From: Planctomycetota bacterium
Lineage (GTDB): Bacteria > Planctomycetota > Planctomycetia > Pirellulales > UBA1268
DNA length: 32,593 nucleotides
Assembly: GCA_003670825.1 (NCBI GenBank)
Contig: QWQL01000120.1
Location: 1 to 32,593, forward strand
Direction: 5' to 3'
Shown here: piece by piece, positions 1 to 6,722 of the stretch
Numbering within the stretch: position 1 is the stretch's first letter
Layout of the letters: each line of letters begins with the position of its first letter
Made by a program: the position numbers and the translations under genes
The notes under the pieces: generated by a model
Seen by the model: only the letters and a program-made list of their open reading frames with translations
Database searches by the model: none
Told to the model about the DNA's origin: nothing

Positions 1-821
1 ATGATGCCCGAGTCGGGATCGATTCCCGTCCAAAATCTTATCGCCACCGCCCCCTGGTTGACGAGCATGCCGAGTCCGTCGAGCACTCGGCAGCCGCGGG
101 CCTCGGCATCACGGATGAGCCTGGTTCGGGGTGGATTGCCGATCACGTCGGCCACCACCATGTCCGGCCTCAGCGATGCCGGCTCAATCGGCAGCCGCGC
201 GTCGGCGTCGTAGAGACCGATCGAGGTGGCGTTGATCACGATGTCGGCGTCCGGCGGCACGACATGATCGCCCCGCCACTCGACGAGTTCGCTGGCCACT
301 CCAACTCGATCACGAAGCAGCGTCACGAGTTCATCGCCGCGGCTCGCCGAGCGATTCACCACCGTGATGTGGCCGGCCCCGGCGAGCGCCAGCTCCACCG
401 CGATCGCCCGCGCCGCCCCTCCCGCGCCAAACAGCACCACGCTGCAACCGCGAGGGTCCACCTGAGCCCTCAGCGACTTGAGAAACCCCTTGCCGTCGGT
501 GTTTTCGCCGATGAGTCTCTCGCCTCGCCGGACCACGCAGTTGACGGCTCCCATCACGGCCGCCGATTCGCCAAGGCCGTCGAGATGATCGATCACGGTC
601 ACCTTGTGAGGCAGGCTGCAGTTGAATCCCCGGAAGCCGACGGCCCGCAGCCCCCGGACGGCGTCGCGGAGATCCTCCGGGGCGACCTCCATGTTCACGT
701 ACCGCCAGGGTAGGCCGTGGTGCGCATAGGCGGCCTCGATCATGGCGACCGTGGGGTTGCCTGCCGCGCCCTGCGAGATGGAGCCGGTGAGTTCGGGAAG
801 AAAACCGTCGGGCGTCGCCAT
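1..821 (-). CDS. aroE: shikimate/quinate 5-dehydrogenase family protein; 3' end runs off the window
   Basis: Absent from the ORF track because it is open at the window edge. My minus-strand translation from ATG (complement of 819..821): MATPDGFLPELTGS...GFRGFNCSLPHKVTVIDHLD...ENTDGKGFLKSL...VVLFGAGGAARAIAVELALAGAGHITVVNRS...DIVINATSIGLYD...GLGMLVNQGAVAIRFWTG. This gives a substrate domain, a GAGGAARA Rossmann motif and an NATSIG motif, as in AroE/YdiB. Confidence 0.8.
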   Translation of the reverse strand, partial: MATPDGFLPELTGSISQGAAGNPTVAMIEAAYAHHGLPWRYVNMEVAPEDLRDAVRGLRAVGFRGFNCSLPHKVTVIDHLDGLGESAAVMGAVNCVVRRGERLIGENTDGKGFLKSLRAQVDPRGCSVVLFGAGGAARAIAVELALAGAGHITVVNRSASRGDELVTLLRDRVGVASELVEWRGDHVVPPDADIVINATSIGLYDADARLPIEPASLRPDMVVADVIGNPPRTRLIRDAEARGCRVLDGLGMLVNQGAVAIRFWTGIDPDSGI

Positions 822-825
822 GGGA

Positions 826-1538
826 TCACTCCGGGAGGCGGCCGTTCCCGATGAACGACCACGCGACATCGGCCGTCACACGACTGCCACTGGCGGCCAC
901 GAAGGTCATGCGGCCGGGCACGAACTCGACCTTGTCTACCGTGTCGAAGTCCGGAGGCGTCCGCACTACGCCCTGGATGTAGTTGATCGCCACCGGTCCG
1001 CCGCCGAAGTCCAGCACCGTCCGGGCACCGGCCGCTGCCAGCGGGTTGTCCGGTGCGGCCGACGCGGCGAGGCCGTCGGCGAAGCTGGCCGTGACATCCT
1101 CGATGCCGAGGCAGTTGTTGCGGCCGTGAGCGTGGCCGAGCGACCTGCGCGTGACCCGCCGACCACCGTCCACGGGCTTCCCGCCACCTCGCCGTGCGGC
1201 GGGTGCGTTTCGCCACGATAGGGCTCGCCATTGCCGCCAAACGGCAGGCAGAAGAAGTCACCTCGCAGAGGGACGAGCACAGGGGCGGGCATCTCGGCCG
1301 CCTCCTCATCCTGCCACGGGCTGATGGAGTAGGGCTGCAAGGGATGTTCCGTGTCGCGGAAGAACGTCACGGGGGCCATGTGGCCGCCGAGCAGCGTGAC
1401 CGCGACTTCGACCTGGGGAGTGGCGAGCACCGCACTCGGCTGCCGCGAGATGGTGCGGACCTCCGGATCGGCGGCAGAGGCGATGGGCATCGCGAGCATC
1501 GCGACCACGCTCAGCAGAGGCGACGGCGAGACAGACAT
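826..1538 (-). pseudogene. secreted hypothetical protein, apparently frameshifted (possibly mutarotase-like fold; function unknown)
   Basis: Two overlapping minus ORFs each hold one plausible half. ORF 966..1538 starts with a signal peptide (MSVSPSPLLSVVAMLAMPIASAADPE) and reads ...LRGDFFCLPFGGNGEPYRGETHPPHGEVAGSPWTVV before turning into Arg/Ser/Thr-rich junk. ORF 826..1173 becomes protein-like from ...LGHAHGRNNCLGIEDVTASFADGL...VEFVPGRMTFVAASGSRVTADVAWSFIGNGRLPE*. The frame switch lies somewhere in about 1100..1165. The stop is 4 nt upstream of the aroE start. Confidence 0.55.
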
Positions 1539-1633
1539 GGATCACCCCGTGACGAGGAACACGACCAGACCCGCGGCGGGAGAATAGAGTATCAGGAGCA
1601 CGTTGTCGAGCGGCCCTCCGGCGGCGGTTGCCA

Positions 1634-2590
1634 TCAGGCTTCAGCAGTCGCCAAGCGCCACGTTTCCGCGAACGACCGCAGGCCGGCCGTGCCTCCGAGA
1701 CCAGTGACACAGCAGGCCGCCGTCGCCGCACCGAGCAGGCCCGCGGCGCGGAGCGACATGCCGCGGTGCCGGCCGGCGAGCAGGCCTGCAAGAAATGCGT
1801 CGCCCGCACCGGTGGTGTCGACGATCGGGCCGGGGGCCGGGAGACACGGGATGTGCTCGAACCCCTCACCGTGGGAGAGCAACACGCCGAGCGTGCCGAG
1901 TTTCACCCCCACGATCCCCTTCGCGCCGTGCCCGCGGTAACAGTCGATGATGGCCCTGGGGTCGCTCATGCCTGTTTGCTGCGCCGCTTCCGCGAGGCTG
2001 GGCACGAAACAATCGACGAGCGGCAGAGCGGCCGCGAGTTCCGCCAGCGGGCCGCCGTCGTCGCTCGTCTCGAGCGCCACGCCGCAGCCCGTGCCGCGAA
2101 TCGCCGCCACGGCGGCGGCCAGGTCGCCTCCGAGCCGGGGCATGAGGCCGACGTAGCCGATCAGCGCCATCCGCGCCCGAGCGAACAGGGGCAGCTGCCG
2201 ACGGACGAACGCCATGTCGGTGGCACGCGGCGCACCGACGTGATGGGCAAAACTCCGCTCACCCCCCGGATCGACGAGCACGGCGCTGGAACTTGTCGCC
2301 TCGGTCGGGTGCGGCTCGATCCCGACGACGTCGATTCCCGCGTCTGCAAGCCTTTCCCGCACGATCCGCCCCCACAGGTCGTCGCCGACCAGTCCGGCCG
2401 CCGCGACCTCGAGTCCGAGCGTGCGCAGTGCGATGCCCGAGTTGCAGACGATGCCGCCCGTGGTGAGGTCGAGCGGTTCGACGTGCACGAGCCTGCCGCC
2501 GCCGATCGGCCGCGCGAGATCGACCGGCCGGACGACGACATCGACTCCGCTGGTTCCGAGCACGAGGCAGTCGATGTCATGTGGCGCCAT
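1634..2590 (-). CDS. PfkB-family carbohydrate kinase (ribokinase / ketose-phosphate kinase-like)
   Basis: ORF 1634..2902 trimmed to Met105 (complement of 2588..2590): MAPHDIDCLVLGTSGVDVVVRP...TTGGIVCNSG...; C-terminal IVDTTGAGDAFLAGLLAG is the PfkB DTxGAGD signature. The upstream 104 codons are Pro/Arg-rich and overlap the divergent promoter region. Confidence 0.85.
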   Translation of the reverse strand: MAPHDIDCLVLGTSGVDVVVRPVDLARPIGGGRLVHVEPLDLTTGGIVCNSGIALRTLGLEVAAAGLVGDDLWGRIVRERLADAGIDVVGIEPHPTEATSSSAVLVDPGGERSFAHHVGAPRATDMAFVRRQLPLFARARMALIGYVGLMPRLGGDLAAAVAAIRGTGCGVALETSDDGGPLAELAAALPLVDCFVPSLAEAAQQTGMSDPRAIIDCYRGHGAKGIVGVKLGTLGVLLSHGEGFEHIPCLPAPGPIVDTTGAGDAFLAGLLAGRHRGMSLRAAGLLGAATAACCVTGLGGTAGLRSFAETWRLATAEA

Positions 2591-2714
2591 GATGCACCCG
2601 GGTTCGGCGGCCGGGCGACCCGGGACCACGCTCCCAACCGCCGGCATCCGTGGAGTATGATATCGTCGGTTCCGCGCCGTGCGTGCGCGGTGCACCCTTT
2701 CGGGAGCCGTCACC

Positions 2715-3617
2715 ATGCCAGCTCTGCGACTGATGTTCACCCTTGTCGCCTGCCTGATCGTGGCGTCCGGATGCGGCCGACAGGCCGGGCCGGGGCCGGG
2801 CGGAGCAGCCGGCGGAGGCAACGTGATCGGCGTATCGCTCTTGACGCTCGATAATCCGTTTTTCAAGGTCATCGGCACCAGCATCACGGCCGAAGGGACC
2901 AAGCACGGCTACACGACGCAGGTCGTGACACCGGAGAAGGATCTCGCCCGCCAGCATGCCCAGATCAAGGAGTTCATCGTCAAGAAGGTAGCCGCCATCG
3001 TGCTGAGTCCATGCGACGCCAAAGGTATCGTGCCGGCGATCGCCGAGGCGAATGCTGCCGGCATCCCGGTGTTCACCGTGGACATTCCCTGCCTGGAGCC
3101 CGGGGTCGAGATCGTCTCGCAGGTCTGTACCGACAACGAAGGCGGCGGCCGGATGGCTGCCGAAGCGATGATCGAGGGTCTTCAGGACCGGGGGGCAAGG
3201 TGGCGATTCTGCACGCCAAGAAGTTCGAATCCTGCCGGCTGAGGGTGAAGGGCTTCCGCGAGATCCTCGAGGCGCACAACGCATCTACCGAAGCAAAGAT
3301 CGTCGTCGTCGAAGAGTACGACAGCAATGGGGCGAAGGACATCGGCTACAAGGCGGCCAGCGACGCACTCCAGGCCACGCCCGATCTGGTCGGCATCTTC
3401 GCGATCAACGACCCTGCCGCACTCGGCGCGTACACCGCAATCGAGGAGGCGGGCAAGGTGGGGCAGGTGGTGCTGGTAGGCTTCGACGGTCAGCCGGAGG
3501 GCAAGCAGGCGATCAAGGAGGGCAAGATCTACGCCGACCCGATCCAATTTTCCCGATCAAATGGGAGTTCGCGTCGTGCAGGCGATCGTGGACCACTACG
3601 GCGGCCGGAAGCCGGAG
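2715..3617 (+). pseudogene. ribose/monosaccharide-type ABC transporter periplasmic binding lipoprotein; two frameshifts and C-terminal truncation
   Basis: ATG 2715: MPALRLMFTLVACLIVASGCG (lipobox) ...VIGVSLLTLDNPFFKVIG...AAIVLSPCDAKGIVPAIAEANAAGIPVFTVD...DNEGGGRMAAEAMIEGL in frame 0 up to about 3190. The protein continues in frame 2 (GGKVAILHAKKFESCRLRVKGFREILE...VGIFAINDPAALGAYTAIEEAGKVGQVVLVGFDGQPEGKQAIKEGKIYADPIQF) up to about 3550, then returns to frame 0 (PDQMGVRVVQAIVDHYGGRKPE). Frame 0 read straight hits a stop at 3242. Confidence 0.75.
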
Positions 3618-4490
3618 GCCGACGCACTGATGCGCCGGCTCGGGCTCGAAGTGCCGCTCCATGTGCCCTGTCGGCGGCTGACGATGGCCCAGCAGCAGAT
3701 TCTCGAAATCGCCAAGGCCCTGCTCCACGAGGCCCGAATCATCGTCATGGACGAACCGACCGCCTCACTCACGCCCCTCGAAACACGGCAGCTGTTTGCA
3801 ATCATCGACGGTCTCCGGTCCCGTGGTCTCGGCATCATCTACATCAGCCACCGTCTCGAGGAGATCTTCCGGATTACCGATCGCATCGTCGTGCTCCGCG
3901 ACGGCACGAAGGTGGGCGAGCGGAAGGTGAATGCCGTCGACCGGCCGGGCCTGATCGCGATGATGGTGGGCCGACCGCTCACCGAGGAGTTCCCGAAGCG
4001 CGAGCGCCGCATCGGTGAGCCGCGGCTGGTGGTCTCGGGGTTGCGCCGCGGCCGGGCCGTGACAGGTGTGTCGCTGAAATTCGCCGGGGCGAGGTCCTGG
4101 CGCTGACGGGCCTCGTCGGCTCCGGCCGAACCGAGACGGCCCGACTGATCTTCGACGCCGACGTTGGCCCGCAACCTCTCCGGCGGCAATCAGCAGAAGC
4201 TCGTGCTCGCCAAATGGCTTGCCCGGCGGTGTGAAGTCCTGTTGTTCGATGAGCCGACCCGCGGCATCGACGTCGGTGCGCGCTACGAGATCTACGCCCT
4301 GATCAACGAACTGGCCACCGCGGGGAAGTCGATTCTTCTGATCTCCTCCGACTTGCCGGAGGTGCTGGGCATGGCCGATCGGATCGTGGTGATGCACGAT
4401 GGGCGGGTGACGGGTGAGATCGCCGACGCCCGAAACTCCGATCAGCGGCAGATTATGGAACTCGCCGTCCGTGGAGAGGAGGCTGCATGA
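3618..4490 (+). pseudogene. RbsA-like sugar ABC transporter ATPase remnant; lacks NBD1 Walker A, has frameshift and internal deletion in NBD2
   Basis: It reads on directly from the binding-protein tail: ADALMRRLGLEVPLHVPCRRLTMAQQQILEIAKALLHEARIIVMDEPTASL (NBD1 signature-like motif and Walker B) ...IIYISHRLEEIFRITDRIVVLRDG. The NBD2 start ([29 protein letters not shown]) is readable only in frame 2 from about 4076. It jumps at about 4160..4167 straight to [36 protein letters not shown]...[11 protein letters not shown] in frame 0. By eye against E. coli RbsA, roughly 115 aa are missing at the N-terminus and roughly 100 aa inside NBD2. Confidence 0.75.
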
Positions 4491-5271
4491 CCGGAGCGGC
4501 GTGGATCCGACGTGGTCTGTTCAGGCTCGCGAACTACGGCATGCTCCCGGTGTTGGTGCTGCTGGTCGCCATGTTCAGCGTGCAGACCATCACCGAACAA
4601 CACCCCGAGGGGGCCACCGCGGGCCGGACGCTCGCCGCCGAGATCCTCCGCACCACCGTCAGGCCCCGTGTGGTGGCGGTGGCCCAGGCGCACGATGGCG
4701 ACGGTCAATTCGTGAACGCACTCGCTGCGGGCCTCGAGGCGGCGTTCCCCGCTCTCGGCGGGCAGGCGAGCCTGTGGGGCATCCCGAACGCCGTCGTGCT
4801 GATGCTCGTGCTCTACGCAGCGGCCTGGGTGCTGATGCACCGCACCGTGTACGGCCGATACCTTTACGCCGTGGGGGCAACCCGGAGGCGGCCAGACTCT
4901 CGGGGGTTCCCGTGACCCGCGTGCTGCTCGTGGCGTATTTCCTCTGTGGCTTGCTCGCCGGCGTGGGAGGGATCATGATGGCGTCGCGAACCAAGAGCGG
5001 GTCGGCAACCTACGGAGAAATATACGAGCTCTCTGCAATCGCCGCGGTCGTGGTCGGCGGCACGAGCATCTCGGGGGGTGAGGGATCGATTCTCGGCACG
5101 CTCATCGGCGCCTTCATCATCGCCGTCATCGAGACGGGCATCAACCTGACACACGTTCCGGCGGAACGGCAGCCGATCGTCCTCGGGAGCGTGATCCTCG
5201 GGGCCGTGCTCCTCGATCGCCTCAAGCAATGGGCGTGGCAACGCCGGTCGGGACTTGTGGACGAGGGGTGA
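4487..5271 (+). pseudogene. RbsC-like sugar ABC transporter permease; frameshifted and missing central TM segments
   Basis: ATGA overlap with the ATPase stop (4487..4490). Frame 2 reads [32 protein letters not shown]...IPNAVVLMLVLYAAAWVLMHRTVYGRYLYAVG. After the G-run at 4873..4877, frame 1 reads GNPEAARLSGVPVTRVLLVAYFLCGLLAGVGGIMMASR...YELSAIAAVVVGGTSISGGEGSILGTLIGAFIIAV...LGAVLLDRLK. There is no GIDLSVG-type motif. The N-terminal half is about 65 aa shorter than E. coli RbsC. Confidence 0.7.
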
Positions 5272-5279
5272 GGGCTGGC

Positions 5280-6701
5280 ATGGCGACCTGTCTCGGACTC
5301 GACATCGGCACGACGACGATCACGGCTCTGGCGATCCGCGATCCGGACGCCACCGTGGCAGCCGTCGAGACGCGGCCGACACCACCACGGCTGCCGGCAG
5401 CCGACGGCCGCTTCGAGTGGGATGCGGAGGCGATCGCCGTGGCGGCGGAAGACTGCCTCGCCGCGGTCGTGCGGAGGTTGACCGGAAACGACCTCGACGT
5501 GGCCGCGCTGGGTGTGACCGGACAGCAGCATGGAGTCGTAGTGGTCGACGCGGCGCTTCGTCCCCTGACGCCGTTTGTCAACTGGCAGGATCGTCGTGGC
5601 GACGAGCCGGGCGGCGCGGGCCGCACTGTCCTCGACGACGCGGTCGATCGGCTCGGCCCGGAGGCATGGCGGCGGGCGGGCTGCAGTCTCGCCACGGGTC
5701 ATCTGGGATTGACGCTCCATTGGATGCAGCTCGGCGGCGTGCTCCCCGTCGGAACCGCGATCTCGATCATGGAGTTCGTCACGGCGCGGATCGCGGGCAT
5801 TCGGCCCGTGACCGAGCCGACCTGTGCGGCCGCCAGCGGGCTGTTCGACGTGCACACGCGCGGCTGGGACGCGGCCGCCATCGAGCGACTCTCACTGCCG
5901 GCGGGACTCTTTCCCGAGGTCCGCGAGGCCACGACCGTGGTGGGACGGGTCGCGCTGGCGGCCGCGGCCCGCACCGGACTCCGGGCCGGAGTGCCCCTGA
6001 CGGCGCCGTTGGGTGACCAGCAGGCCGGGTTCGTCGGAAGCGTGGCCGACCGCCGGAGGTCGGCGCACCTCAACGTGGGCACCGGGGCCCAGGTTTCCGC
6101 CTACGTCGACTCCTGCGACTTCTCGCCCCCGTTGGAACTGCGTCCCTTTCCGGTTGCCGGCAATCTCCTCACCGGTGCGGTTCTCTGCGGCGGATGGTCC
6201 TACCAGGTGCTCGAGGCCTTCTGCCGGAGCGTGGGCCGCGACGTGCTCGGAGTCGCCACCGACGTGCCCGTCTACGACCGGCTTACGACGCTGGCCGCCA
6301 GCGTGCCGGCCGGAGCCGAGGGCGTCGTCTGTGAACCGCTCTTCTCGGGCACCCGTTCCGATCCCTCCCGGCGCGGATCGTGGCGCGGGCTCTCGGCGGG
6401 CACTTTCACGCCGGCCCACCTGGCCAGGGCCTTGCTCGAGGGGATGGCCAGGGAGTACGCGGACCATTTGGCGGTCATTCGTGAGGCGATGCCGCAGCCG
6501 CCGGAACGAATCGTGGCGGCCGGCAACGGACTCCGCGAAAATGCGGTTCTGCAGGAGGCCGTCGCGACCGCAGCTGGACTGCCGCTGGTGCTGCAGCGTC
6601 ATCGCGAGGAGGCGGCGTTGGGAACGGCGCTCGCAGCGGCGGTGGCCGCGGGCTGGTTCGCCAGCCTCGATGCCGCGTCGGCGGCCGCCCAGTCGGCTTG
6701 A
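5280..6701 (+). CDS. FGGY-family carbohydrate kinase (xylulokinase/sedoheptulokinase-like)
   Basis: ORF 5229..6701 trimmed to ATG 5280: MATCLGLDIGTTTITALAI...GVTGQQHGVVVVD...PLGDQQAGFVGS...NVGTGAQVS...EGVVCEPLFSGTRS...LLEGMAREY...IVAAGNGLRENAVLQEAVA. These are the FGGY N- and C-domain motifs. Confidence 0.85.
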   Translation: MATCLGLDIGTTTITALAIRDPDATVAAVETRPTPPRLPAADGRFEWDAEAIAVAAEDCLAAVVRRLTGNDLDVAALGVTGQQHGVVVVDAALRPLTPFVNWQDRRGDEPGGAGRTVLDDAVDRLGPEAWRRAGCSLATGHLGLTLHWMQLGGVLPVGTAISIMEFVTARIAGIRPVTEPTCAAASGLFDVHTRGWDAAAIERLSLPAGLFPEVREATTVVGRVALAAAARTGLRAGVPLTAPLGDQQAGFVGSVADRRRSAHLNVGTGAQVSAYVDSCDFSPPLELRPFPVAGNLLTGAVLCGGWSYQVLEAFCRSVGRDVLGVATDVPVYDRLTTLAASVPAGAEGVVCEPLFSGTRSDPSRRGSWRGLSAGTFTPAHLARALLEGMAREYADHLAVIREAMPQPPERIVAAGNGLRENAVLQEAVATAAGLPLVLQRHREEAALGTALAAAVAAGWFASLDAASAAAQSA

Positions 6702-6722
6702 GGCCGGCTCACCAGGCCGCCA

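Noticed and set aside
1628-2854. 408-aa plus-strand ORF
   Set aside because: It is antisense to the PfkB kinase, which has clear family signatures. The plus-strand translation is Arg/Ala-rich with no motif.
3223-3232. GTTCGAATCC, identical to a tRNA T-loop consensus
   Set aside because: The flanking bases cannot form a T-stem (AGAAG versus CCTGC), no acceptor or anticodon arms are present, and it lies inside conserved binding-protein coding sequence (KKFESCRL).
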